Origin: Patescibacteria group bacterium
GTDB lineage: Bacteria > Patescibacteriota > Microgenomatia > UBA8517
Length of the DNA: 64,000 nt
Reading direction: 5' to 3'
NCBI GenBank assembly: GCA_026416845.1
Contig: JAOAEL010000003.1
Location: forward strand, 5,447-69,446
Positions 40,381 through 50,364 of the stretch are shown piece after piece. The position numbers and the translations under genes were made by a program. The notes beneath the pieces were generated by a model. That model ran no database searches, was not told where the DNA came from, and saw nothing but the letters and a program-made list of their open reading frames with translations. Positions within the stretch are counted from its first letter, which is position 1. Each line of letters begins with the position of its first letter.

Positions 40381-40830
40381 TTAATTATTCTCTTCTATCT
40401 TTTTTATATCATCCAGTCTTCTTTTGTGCTTTTCTTTGCCGCTAAAGCCAGTTTCCAAAAAAGTTCGTGTCATCTCTTTAGCATCTTTTTCACTTATGAA
40501 ATCGGCCGCTAAAACAAGAATGTTCATATCGTCATCGTTTCTGCCCGCCTTTACTTGTTCGGGATTTATACCAATTGAGGCTCGAACTCCGTCAAATTTA
40601 TTCGCAGTAACATCCACCCCTACACCGCTTCCACATATTAGAATTCCACGATCTTTTGGATTATCAGCAACAACAATTGCCACTTTTTCAGCATAAAGCG
40701 TGTAATCATCAGCCAAATCAAGCTGGTAAGCTCCCATATCCAAAACCTGGTAATTATTTTCCAAAAGCCACTTGTAAATTTTTTGCTTAAGATAAAAGCC
40801 TCTATGGTCTGCACCAACGTATACTTTCAT
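40381..40830 (-). CDS. rpiB: Ribose-5-phosphate isomerase B
   Basis: GADHRG, CGSGVG, ANK and RNDDDMN motifs. Confidence 0.93.
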   Translation of the reverse strand: MKVYVGADHRGFYLKQKIYKWLLENNYQVLDMGAYQLDLADDYTLYAEKVAIVVADNPKDRGILICGSGVGVDVTANKFDGVRASIGINPEQVKAGRNDDDMNILVLAADFISEKDAKEMTRTFLETGFSGKEKHKRRLDDIKKIEENN

Positions 40831-40984
40831 AAAATTAACAAAGCATTAACAATAATTTATCATAATTTCACAAAACATATGCAAATCAACTGCCTGTTCA
40901 GTTACTTATAAAATCGAATATCATTGTAAATATTTAAAAAATTAACAAGAATAAACACTGCTAACACTTCATCTTTATTTAATT

Positions 40985-41716
40985 ATGACTAAAGAAATAA
41001 TTTTAATTCATGGTTGGGACTACAGATTCTACAACAACAATATAAACAAAAACGCTTCTAAAGACATAGCTTGGAGCAAAAGAAAAATACTGATTGAATT
41101 ACTAGGCAAACGATACAGGTTAAATTACTTTAACTTGCCTGGTTTTTGCAATGTGCCAGAACCATCAAGAGAAAGATTTGACGTTGAAGATTTTGGGGAT
41201 TATCTTGCCAACTGGATTAAAAGAAAAAGACACAAGCCTTACGCAATTCTTGGTTATTCATTCGGCTCAGTTGTGGCGCTTGACTACAAAGCAAGACACA
41301 ATAATCATATCCCGACAGTTTTAATCTCCCCGGCAATTCGCAGAAAAGAAACTTTTAAATCCGAAATTGCGCATTTAGCTAAAGGTCTAATTCCCGAATT
41401 TATATCGGGAGCGTTAAAAAATAGTTACCAATATTTATTTAGCAAGTACTATAGAAATGGCACCCCTTTTTTGAGAAAAAGTTATGATTTAATTGTCAGA
41501 AAAGACGAAACTTGCAAGTTACGGAGTGTTGATCCCAAAAGTTTATTGCTAATCTATGGATTAGAAGATAATGCCACTTTATGGCAAGATGTTGAAAACG
41601 TTGTTGTCAAAATTGGTATCAATTACGGTCTGATAAAAAATGGTAAACATAATATTGGCGAGACAAATCCTTTGGAAATAGTTAAATTGATAGATAAGTT
41701 TTTAGAATCAAAATGA
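40985..41716 (+). CDS. Alpha/beta hydrolase
   Basis: LIHGW, NLPGF, GYSFG, YGLED and C-terminal His (GKHN). Confidence 0.85.
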   Translation: MTKEIILIHGWDYRFYNNNINKNASKDIAWSKRKILIELLGKRYRLNYFNLPGFCNVPEPSRERFDVEDFGDYLANWIKRKRHKPYAILGYSFGSVVALDYKARHNNHIPTVLISPAIRRKETFKSEIAHLAKGLIPEFISGALKNSYQYLFSKYYRNGTPFLRKSYDLIVRKDETCKLRSVDPKSLLLIYGLEDNATLWQDVENVVVKIGINYGLIKNGKHNIGETNPLEIVKLIDKFLESK

Positions 41717-41813
41717 GGTATTGCAAAAGATATTGTGCAAATATTATTCACACGCTTGTTTGCGTTTATTGGCAAATTTATTAATGCTTAAAAATCTGCT
41801 AAACTTGCCCGGT

Positions 41814-42713
41814 ATGGAACAGGAAGGTTTAGAGTTAGAGAAAGAAAATACTCCAAACCAAGAAATAAGCTTAAGTATCATTTCGCCACGAGAATATGAC
41901 AGTCTTGGGACATTAAAATGGAGAGAATATCTTAATGCGCAAAGATCAGCCGAAGCATGGCGCCCTCCTGGCAACAGTTCTTGGAAAGAATATGCAAGAT
42001 ACCAAACCATACAAAGCATTGACGAATGGTCACAATATATCAAACCAAGATATAGTGACGGTGAGCGAGTTAGCATAATTGGAATAACAAATTTAATATG
42101 ATCTGGAATTTCAGGTCCAAACACTGCCGTGGTGCTAGATAGTGGCGGCACTCACAGTGTTGCTATGGCCGTAAAGCTAGCAGAATCAGGATACCAGCCA
42201 ATTGTTATGCTTGACGCAATAGTTCATCCCAAAGGGATAGTGAGAGCAGAACAAGATTTGGCAGTGCTTTTGTACTTTGCCGGCGAGATGGAAAAATTAA
42301 AAACCGAAGGAAAAATAACAGACACCTCATCACCGGTTTTTGTTTTAAATTGTCATAGAATTGGTTTTTGTGAAAGTTTATTCGACAACAGCTATACATT
42401 CACAAACAAAGACTTCCCAAATGCCAAAGAATTAAAAGCAAACAGCATAACTTGCGTTGTTTACTTAAATGAAACCAACCAAAACGGGTACATATTACCA
42501 GACTTTCAAGCAATTGACCGTGTAAGCGATGATCTACAACCATTAATAATGGATTGGCAGGCAAATGGAATACAAGTACTTTATTCAGGAGTTTATCCTT
42601 GGCCAAACGATCCTCAATTACCAAAACCAATTGAATTTATAAGAACATATCAAATACACAATCAATCTGACACTACAATTACCAAAAACTGCGCAAGAGA
42701 AATCAAATGGTGA
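41814..42713 (+). pseudogene. Hypothetical gene interrupted by one in-frame TGA (42099-42101)
   Basis: ORFs 41721-42101 and 42129-42713 share a frame and are separated only by TGA (…ITNLI*SGISGPNTAVVLD…). Probable start is ATG 41814. Confidence 0.6.
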
Positions 42714-42797
42714 ATCTTGACTTTCAAATCTATTAAAAAATCCAATATCATTTAAAAACAAACCTGTAAATTTCTATCAAAACAAAAATAATTATCC

Positions 42798-43445
42798 TTA
42801 ATACCCACTTGTCAAATCCAAAAGCACTTTTTTGGGATCTTCTGAAAGCACAACCGAAGAAGAAACCGCCACGCCGCTGGCTCCTAATTTTAGGCTTGTT
42901 TGAACATCATACCTATCTTTGACACCAGCCCCCACAATCACAGGAATCGGAGATACAACTTCAACAACAGAAGAAATAACATCAGGCTTGGCGCGAGCCA
43001 CCGAAGTCTCTAAAGACGCAATAAGTTCAGGCGGTTCGTATCCGATTAAATTAGGCCTATAAGCGATATAAGATCTTGCTTCTTCCAAACTTGAAGCAAA
43101 AACCAAAGTGGTAAGTCCAAGACTGCGAGCACGATTTATAGTGTTTTTCAAAACATCCTCAGAAAGTTTGTGTTCGGAATGATTAAGCAAAACACCAGTT
43201 GCTCCTGATTCTTGTATGGCTTCAAGAGTAATAAAACCAGTGGATTGACCAGGTTCGTAAAAATCGGCATGTTGCGCCCAAGTTCCTGTTATCATTGTTT
43301 GATGAACAAGTTGTAAATCAGTAATTTGAGGAGCCGCAATTATTTCCCTGCCAGTTTCAACTATTACCTCGCGTATAATTCTTGCCAAATTCTGCGCCCT
43401 TATATGACTAACCTGTTGGTAAGTTTTAAAATTAACTATTATCAT
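42798..43445 (-). CDS. tpiA: Triosephosphate isomerase, archaeal-type short form
   Basis: NFKTY, AQH, LNHSEH, YEPPELI and GAGVK motifs. Confidence 0.93.
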   Translation of the reverse strand: MIIVNFKTYQQVSHIRAQNLARIIREVIVETGREIIAAPQITDLQLVHQTMITGTWAQHADFYEPGQSTGFITLEAIQESGATGVLLNHSEHKLSEDVLKNTINRARSLGLTTLVFASSLEEARSYIAYRPNLIGYEPPELIASLETSVARAKPDVISSVVEVVSPIPVIVGAGVKDRYDVQTSLKLGASGVAVSSSVVLSEDPKKVLLDLTSGY

Positions 43446-43482
43446 GACTGTTTCTCAAGATTGGTTTTACAACTTAATAAAA

Positions 43483-44205
43483 TTAGACAAACAAAAACGA
43501 TAAATATTTATACCATGTTGGCGAATCAATTTTAACTATCTCTCCTGTCACTGCGGAAATGTAAGTTTGCACTGGCACTTTATATGTGTAAAAAGAATAA
43601 AAAGAAAAATGCTTCTCTCCTGAGAGTTTATAAAAAATCTTGCCATTTTCATCTATTATTTCAGAATCATTGGCAACTAAACTGACAATTCTGGAACGAA
43701 GCGCCGTAAAAACTGCCTGTTGAGGGAAGATAGTCAAATTTGATTCCCCATAGGAAGTTTTCAAACTAACCCTTGCTTCTTTGGGATCAATTAAAATCGG
43801 TAAAGAAGTTAACGCTTTGGTTTCGTCTTGAGCGATAACAAACTTGCCGTCTTGCACCGACACTGAGATTTTGCTTATCGCGGGTCTTTCTTCTATCTCC
43901 AAAATTTTATCTCCAAAGTTTGTCACTTCAAAAACTTTCTCTTTATTGTCTAATGAAACAATCATATTCAAACTGCTTCCAATTTTTGAAAGCTCAATTG
44001 CGGGATTTGACAATTTATGTGAAAGGTTTGCAATTTTAGTAACTGCAATCTCGGAAACCTGAGCCTCAGGCAAAACAACCTTGTCAGATAAAACATTCCA
44101 CCTTAACTCTCCTGATTTGTCGATAATAACTATTTGAGCCTTTATGTCGCTAGCACAACAAACAAAAAAGCAAAGAGCCACAATTAACAAATAAAACAAC
44201 CTCAT
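43483..44205 (-). CDS. Hypothetical secreted protein
   Basis: Signal peptide; C-terminal ISAVTGEIVKIDSPTWY is PepSY-like. Confidence 0.65.
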   Translation of the reverse strand: MRLFYLLIVALCFFVCCASDIKAQIVIIDKSGELRWNVLSDKVVLPEAQVSEIAVTKIANLSHKLSNPAIELSKIGSSLNMIVSLDNKEKVFEVTNFGDKILEIEERPAISKISVSVQDGKFVIAQDETKALTSLPILIDPKEARVSLKTSYGESNLTIFPQQAVFTALRSRIVSLVANDSEIIDENGKIFYKLSGEKHFSFYSFYTYKVPVQTYISAVTGEIVKIDSPTWYKYLSFLFV

Positions 44206-44299
44206 AAGCTACTTTCAAACAAGAGACTATAAAAAAAACCTACCAACAAATCAATAATAGAATTACCGCATTTTTAACGCAAAATTTCCGAGTTTGGTT

Positions 44300-44491
44300 T
44301 CAGTTATTTTTAAGATAAACGCCAAAAAGACCCAAAACTGATGCGACTAAAAGCCATTGTGTTGATGCAAGCCAAATATCCCAACCAAGATAGCCAATGG
44401 CAGATAGCACAACAGCTATCACAGCGCCAAACATCAAAAGCGGAGATAAAGACTGCATCATTGTTTCATTGTTACTTGATTTTTTTGCCAT
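44300..44491 (-). CDS. Small two-TM membrane protein
   Basis: 63 aa, two hydrophobic helices, strong SD (GGGAGGTG) upstream. Confidence 0.7.
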   Translation of the reverse strand: MAKKSSNNETMMQSLSPLLMFGAVIAVVLSAIGYLGWDIWLASTQWLLVASVLGLFGVYLKNN

Positions 44492-44596
44492 AATAAAAAA
44501 TCACCTCCCTTTTTTTGCTTGAAAAACTTTTTTTAACTTAAACTCAAATACTCAAATTCAGTATAACAACAAACGCGCAAATGTTTAAATATGTTA

Positions 44597-45118
44597 TTAC
44601 AAGACATAATACTCAATAAAATATCCTGTTAAATAGGCAAAACTCGCCGCCATGCCTCCAAGCAATAAAAGCTCAAAGCCTCCTTTGATAAAATTTTTGT
44701 GAGTAAAAAGCGAACGCAAAGCGCCAATAAAAAATAAAGAGATAACAACAACAATTATAGATCCCAAAAATTTGTTATGAAAATTAAAAACATAAGGAAT
44801 CATTGGCAAAAAACCTGCAACAACAAAAGAAATATAAGTAACAGCTCCATGCTTAAGTGGAGAATTTACAATTACCTTTTTCCCCAGCGCTTTTTCGTAT
44901 TCCATTTGACTTTTAATATTCATATAATTGCCAAATGCCATGGAAAGCCCATCGGCCAGTAGATTTGCAAATCCCAAAATTAACACAACAGAAGGCGCCA
45001 ATGAAGCTCCTGAGACTCCACTGACAACTGCAAAAGTGGTAATTATTCCATCGCTTGCCGCAAAAACACTGTCTCCTAAATAAGTGGCCTGCTGGTAAAC
45101 ACGAGAGACTTTGGGCAT
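44597..45118 (-). CDS. VIT1/CCC1-family Fe/Mn transporter
   Basis: DGIITTFAVVSG and GFANLLADGLSMA motifs. Start set at ATG 45118 because the longer ORF overlaps the riboswitch. Confidence 0.9.
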   Translation of the reverse strand: MPKVSRVYQQATYLGDSVFAASDGIITTFAVVSGVSGASLAPSVVLILGFANLLADGLSMAFGNYMNIKSQMEYEKALGKKVIVNSPLKHGAVTYISFVVAGFLPMIPYVFNFHNKFLGSIIVVVISLFFIGALRSLFTHKNFIKGGFELLLLGGMAASFAYLTGYFIEYYVL

Positions 45119-45145
45119 CAATTTTATACTAACACAAAAACATTC

Positions 45146-45174
45146 TTGCAAAGTACCAAACAAAAAACTATAGT
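45146..45174 (+). promoter_or_regulatory. Sigma70-type promoter for the riboswitch transcript
   Basis: TTGCAA-N17-TATAGT ending 6 nt before the riboswitch P1. Confidence 0.6.
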
Positions 45175-45180
45175 GATGAC

Positions 45181-45329
45181 TGTAAGCTGTGTTCAAGGAA
45201 TTGGGTGAAAATCCCAAACTGTGCCGCAACTGTAAATGGTTTTTTTGACATCTAAAGTCAAAAAAATCAAAGTCAGAAAACTAGCAGCTTATAATTTCTC
45301 GTTGGTCTTTTTCTCGAGCAAGAAAAACC
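45181..45329 (+). promoter_or_regulatory. Cobalamin riboswitch (compact form) with downstream kissing-loop hairpin
   Basis: P1 TGTAAGCTG/CAGCTTATA; core AAGGAA-TTGGGTGAAAATCCCAA-ACTGTGCCGCAACTGTAA; stem TTTTTTGAC/GTCAAAAAA; B12-box-like AAGTCAGAAAACTAGC; hairpin GGTCTTTTTCT-CGAGCA-AGAAAAACC directly before ATG 45330. Confidence 0.88.
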
Positions 45330-46260
45330 ATGAGCACCATAGAAGGATTGCTTAATCAGTATTATGCTGGTTGGAAAAATCAGCCCGATAATAGAGTTGT
45401 GGTAGAAGTGGCTTCTGTTTATTTGGAACAGAAACATCTGCCTGAAAGTTATGGTTTTAAGATCACTTCAAATGGACTTGTTGATAATACATCTGGCAAG
45501 CTCGTTAGATCTTTTATCGCAAGAAACACAAGAACAGACCAGATAGAAGGAGAGGCGTTTGACAAAATAGAAAAATGGGCAGTTGAATACGGATTGAAAC
45601 AAGGGAAAAACGCAATCTCCTCAATATGGATTAGCCCTCCAAGCGCTGATCGATCGGAAGACACTAAATTTATAATTAGCACAATACAAAAAAAGTTGGT
45701 GGGGACAAGCCAGACTTTACAATTGCGCTTTTTTGGTAAGAGGCAGTCCTGATCAAGCTATCAATGTGGCAAACAAAATGATTTCAGCAATGAATCTTTC
45801 ATTGCCTTCGTTTACAGAATTAGATTCACTGCGAGCTAACCCATTTTTGTTCAAAGACAAAATTGATATTTCAGAAATTATAAGGATCATTGAATCCGAA
45901 TATCCTAGGCAAGAAGCGATTGAAATTATAAAGCAAGGCAAAGTTGATCAAGTTACTCGTCAAGCATCACAACTAGGCAAAGATTATCTGAGAAAAGCAA
46001 AATACGGACAAAAAATTGGCAATAAATCTCAACAATTCATGTCATCAACATACGAATATGAACCAAGTTGCCCACCTGTGTTTTATACCGAGACATCATC
46101 CGCATCTGAAATCATGCTAAAAGACGGAATAAAATATAAATTTGTCAAAAAATGTGGAGGAAAAACTTGGTGGGGCGGCACATGTAATGCAAAAATTGAA
46201 AAATTCATAGCAAAAGGGTATAAATGCCCACATTGCAAAAACATATACCAAGGGTGTTGA
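45330..46260 (+). CDS. Uncharacterised protein with C-terminal Cys-rich Zn ribbon, split by a +1 frameshift at an A7 run
   Basis: ORFs 45330-45752 and 45733-46260 join into one ORF of about 309 aa if one A is removed from 45688-45694. C-terminus: CGG...C...CPHC...YQGC. Confidence 0.65.
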
Positions 46261-46392
46261 ATGATGAGATCTTAAACAAAATCAATTAAAATGCCAGAAA
46301 CTTTGCAATTTATTAGAATCAAAAAGTTTTAAAAAGCAATTCTTGAAAACATTGGCAAACACAAAAAATTTGCTAGTTTTGGCGCAGTGTAA

Positions 46393-46701
46393 TCAAAAAT
46401 CAAATTGCTCTTGAACCCATTTTGCTGTTGGCGGATTACCGTTGAAACAGGGATTACCCGGTCTTTTTTGGCTCAACAGATGACAATTTTGTTTAGGATT
46501 ATCGCCAATCAAAACTTCCCAATACCTACCCCACACACAAATGTCATAAACTTTTCTTAAACTTCCATCCTCTGATCTTCTATAAACTTTATACATGTAC
46601 TGACAACTGTCACACTCTATTTTTCTACCAGTAGGGCTTCCATCCCACCTACCCCCTCTTGTGAGATTTTCATGCAAAATAATTCTCTCGGGATTAGACA
46701 T
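46393..46701 (-). CDS. Small Cys-rich hypothetical protein
   Basis: 102 aa with CDSC and three further Cys residues. Confidence 0.55.
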   Translation of the reverse strand: MSNPERIILHENLTRGGRWDGSPTGRKIECDSCQYMYKVYRRSEDGSLRKVYDICVWGRYWEVLIGDNPKQNCHLLSQKRPGNPCFNGNPPTAKWVQEQFDF

Positions 46702-46940
46702 AATTTAAATTGATCAAAAGCTTATCTTAAAAATTATAAAAAAATCGCATAAAGTCAAAGCGAGAGCATAAAATTGTTTTATTGGCAATAAGTCGTTTTA
46801 TCACTTCTAAACACAAAGCAAGCAATAATTTATTGCCAAAAACAAATCACTATTTTAATCTATTCTGGCAATAAAAAATTAAATTGTACCAACAATTTTA
46901 ACCTTGCGCACTTGATTAATAAAACAATATAATTTGTTCA

Positions 46941-48248
46941 ATGGATTATTCAAACCTGCCAACTTCAGCAAACTCAAAATTAAAGAATGCCAGTTCACAA
47001 ATACCAGCTAATGATTCTACGACAACAAATAATCAACCAGTTGAAAGCATAGTTATCATTAGCCCGGAGTCAATAGATACACAAACCGCAAGTAAACCAA
47101 CAGAAAGCTCCAAAGGAAAATCTAAAAAGCTTTTCTTAGGCATGGTAATTGCTTTTTTACTTCTGGCAATTGTTGTAAGCGGTGGAATGTATGCTCTTGC
47201 ATATAATAAAATCAAGCTTCCTCAATTTTCTGAATTTCAGAAGAAAGTTGAATTTTTGGTAATGGACTTGCCTTTCATACGAAAGTCAGCAAGATATCTA
47301 ATTTACAAAACATCCTTTGCAAACAAATCATACACATCATATGGTTTTGACATATCGTTAGCAATCAGCCCAAATGAAAGTACAATCCCAAACCTTTTAG
47401 GAATTTCCAATTTTGACTTTTCAGCAAAAGGACAAATAGATTATTCAGATTTAGAAAACATAATTTTATCCACAAATGTATCAGCAACAAAAGAATTAAA
47501 TATTGACTTTGCTCTCAAAAATAAGCTTCTCTATTTCAAAATCAACAAATTTCCACTGGCTATACTTGCTCTTACTGGACTTGACTCAGAGTCGGTCTCG
47601 ACCCTCACAAACGTTTGGGTTAGTTACGATACTACAACTCTTGCGACAAACGCTAGAGAGTTGCTTGATAACTCAAAATCTGAAAAAGGACAATTCCAAT
47701 TTTCTGAAAAATTAATTGAAGAAATCGATGAAACAATAGCAAAGGAGATTTCGGTCACTGAAGAATTAGATAATGGAATTAAAGTCTACAAACTTAAGCT
47801 AAACCCAACTAATGAAACTCTGAATAAGCTGATCATAGAAATTGAAAAGGAATTTGGGATCCAATCGGGTCAATTTAGTAAGATATCAGATATAATCAAA
47901 AATGCTTCAATTGAAATTTGGTTAGACGCAAAAAATTTTTACACAAAACAAATCTCGGCAATCTTTACAATCAAGCCAAACAAAAATAACCAAAATCAAC
48001 AATTTAATATTTCAGAAACACCAAGTATTTCCTATGATAATCTGATTGGTGAAAACACAGAAACAAAAGTAGCGCTAGTTATTAAGTTTTTTGACTTTGG
48101 CAAACCTGTCCAAATTGAGATGCCCGAAAATCCAATAACTTTTGAACAATACTTAGCAAAGTGGTCCTTAATCGTACTTGGACGCTACAAAAATTCAGAA
48201 ACAAATTTCAATCTGTATAAAGAATCTTTTGAACAACTTCCTCAGTGA
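46941..48248 (+). CDS. Membrane-anchored extracytoplasmic protein (LolA/LppX-like beta fold suspected)
   Basis: S/T-rich N-terminus, one TM segment, IEIWLDAKNFY...FFDFGKPVQIEMP. Confidence 0.65.
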   Translation: MDYSNLPTSANSKLKNASSQIPANDSTTTNNQPVESIVIISPESIDTQTASKPTESSKGKSKKLFLGMVIAFLLLAIVVSGGMYALAYNKIKLPQFSEFQKKVEFLVMDLPFIRKSARYLIYKTSFANKSYTSYGFDISLAISPNESTIPNLLGISNFDFSAKGQIDYSDLENIILSTNVSATKELNIDFALKNKLLYFKINKFPLAILALTGLDSESVSTLTNVWVSYDTTTLATNARELLDNSKSEKGQFQFSEKLIEEIDETIAKEISVTEELDNGIKVYKLKLNPTNETLNKLIIEIEKEFGIQSGQFSKISDIIKNASIEIWLDAKNFYTKQISAIFTIKPNKNNQNQQFNISETPSISYDNLIGENTETKVALVIKFFDFGKPVQIEMPENPITFEQYLAKWSLIVLGRYKNSETNFNLYKESFEQLPQ

Positions 48249-48250
48249 TT

Positions 48251-48646
48251 TTAGTGATTAAAGTATTTTTTTAATCCTTCGGTAGTGTCAAAATAGAACG
48301 CATGCTTGTCTAAAAGTTCTAAAAGTTCGGATTTCCTTATCCACTTTGACCATTCCCATTCTTGAGAATTAGGAATCTTACCATTATATATCAGTTCATA
48401 AAAATGAACATTGTAAAGTATTGGCCATAAACCCCAAGTTAATGTAAATAATTTTTTTGGAGTTTTATTAATTCCAGTTTCTTCAAACAACTCACGCTTA
48501 GCAGCTTCATCGACAACTTCTCCAAATTTAACCTTGCCCCCAGCTCCAACTCCCAAAAAGCCTGGAGCAACAATTTTTTTGACACTTCTTTTGTGTACAA
48601 AATATTCGCCTTTATTGTTTTTTATAAAAACAATTACTACATCCAC
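48251..48646 (-). CDS. NUDIX hydrolase (IDI/YfcD-like)
   Basis: HKRSVKKIVAPG and GGKVKFGEVVDEAAKRELFEETG. Confidence 0.88.
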   Translation of the reverse strand: MDVVIVFIKNNKGEYFVHKRSVKKIVAPGFLGVGAGGKVKFGEVVDEAAKRELFEETGINKTPKKLFTLTWGLWPILYNVHFYELIYNGKIPNSQEWEWSKWIRKSELLELLDKHAFYFDTTEGLKKYFNH

Positions 48647-48819
48647 AATTTAGATTGTAAAATATTTCATGAATAAAACAATATCTCCAAAACCCCGAAA
48701 AAAGCTAAAAAAAAATGCATGTAAAAATTAAATCAATTTTCTTAATCTTAAAATTTATAAAAGAAAATAAAACAAATTTGCAAAAATAAAATAAAAGCAA
48801 AATAAAAAATTAAAAAATT

Positions 48820-50169
48820 TTAAATTTCAATTTCCTGGTTTAAATTCGGCAAAAACACTTCATTAATACTCAATGTTTCAGCAATTTTATCTGCCAAAAC
48901 TCTCCTTTGTTCATCCTCGCCATGTGTGAGTATTACTTTACTTACTCCTTTGATATTAGACAACCAATCTATCAGTTGTCCCTGATCCGCATGCGAGCTC
49001 ATGGATTCAGTATGAGAAACATGCGCTTTTATAAAAATAGTCTCTTCGTCTATAATCACCTGACTTGCACCATCTAAAATCTCTCTTCCTAAAGTCTCCT
49101 CGCCTTGGTAACCAACAAGAAAAATTCTGTTTTTACTATCACCTAAAAACGCCGCCGCGTGAGCTACAATTCTACCACCATTCATCATACCGCTTCCTGC
49201 AATTATAATTTTTGTTTCTTGCGAAGTTCTAATAGCAATACTCTCCTCATAACGCATCACAACCTTTAAACCCGGAAAATAAAAAGGGGGTTCTTTAGAC
49301 AACTCTGACTGAAAATTATAATTGAAAAAATCAAAGTACTTAAGATATATGTCAATTGCTTTTTGTGCCATTGGCCCATCCAAATAAACCGGCAATTCAT
49401 AAGGTATTTTGCCCTCTGCCTTTAAATGTTTAATCAAATGAAGCACTTTTTGAGTCCTATCAAGAGCAAAAGCTGGAATTAAAAGGGTTCCTCCTGTTTT
49501 TACTATTTCAATAATTTCTCGTTCCAATTCTTCACTTGGATCGCTTTTAGGATGAAGCTTATCCCCATATGTTGACTCCATAACAACAACATCCGCATCT
49601 TTTATGAACTCTAACGGCATTAGCAAAGAATCAGGGCTATTTCCCAAATCTCCGCTAAACACAACTTTTTTGATCTTAGAATTTGATTTTGTATCTTCTA
49701 CTAGAACACTTGCAGATCCTAAAAGGTGCCCTGCGTCAAAAAATGTGATTTCAAAATTGCCAATTTTAAATTTTTGATGATATTTAACTATAGCAAAGCG
49801 CGAGATAGTCTTAAAAACTTGCTTTTCATTAAAAAGAATAGGCCTATCATCTTTTATCGCTATCTTTGCCGTGTCCAGAAGCGAAAGAGCCGTTAAGTCA
49901 TATGTGGGAGCCGTAAGCCAAATTTTGCCTCTAAATCCATTTTTTATTGCAATAGGCAATCTACCGCAATGGTCCAAATGGGCGTGAGTAAGTATTATCC
50001 CAGAAAGCTTAGAACAATCATAATCATATCTAAGGTAATTAAGCTTTTCTATTTCTTCTGTTCCCTGAAACATCCCAAGGTCAATCAATATAGACTGCCC
50101 ACTATCCGAAGTTAAAGCATAAGATGAACCAGTAACAGTTCCAGCAGCACCTAAAAATTTTATTTTCAT
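48820..50169 (-). CDS. MBL-fold beta-CASP ribonuclease
   Basis: THAHLDHCG, AGHLLGS, FSGDLG, MESTYG, SSHADQ and THGE motifs. Confidence 0.92.
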   Translation of the reverse strand: MKIKFLGAAGTVTGSSYALTSDSGQSILIDLGMFQGTEEIEKLNYLRYDYDCSKLSGIILTHAHLDHCGRLPIAIKNGFRGKIWLTAPTYDLTALSLLDTAKIAIKDDRPILFNEKQVFKTISRFAIVKYHQKFKIGNFEITFFDAGHLLGSASVLVEDTKSNSKIKKVVFSGDLGNSPDSLLMPLEFIKDADVVVMESTYGDKLHPKSDPSEELEREIIEIVKTGGTLLIPAFALDRTQKVLHLIKHLKAEGKIPYELPVYLDGPMAQKAIDIYLKYFDFFNYNFQSELSKEPPFYFPGLKVVMRYEESIAIRTSQETKIIIAGSGMMNGGRIVAHAAAFLGDSKNRIFLVGYQGEETLGREILDGASQVIIDEETIFIKAHVSHTESMSSHADQGQLIDWLSNIKGVSKVILTHGEDEQRRVLADKIAETLSINEVFLPNLNQEIEI

Positions 50170-50364
50170 AACAAATAAAATAAATAATATTAAATTAATT
50201 AATTATTGCATATAATCAAAAAAACTATCTTTGAACAACAAACTTAAATGACACTTGCATGTCTAAAAAAAAAGTTTTAAATTTTAGTTAATATAATAAT
50301 AAATACTAATATAAATACATATATACAAGCATTTTCAAAACTCAAATTTCTCTTAAAAAAATAA

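Noticed and set aside
42099-42130. UGA=Gly recoding (code 25) or a SECIS element
   Set aside because: TGA terminates many intact genes here, and the downstream hairpin (UGGA/UCCA) is too weak to call a SECIS.
45119-45229. N-terminal extension of the VIT1 ORF
   Set aside because: It overlaps the riboswitch and its promoter on the other strand; ATG 45118 fits the family better.
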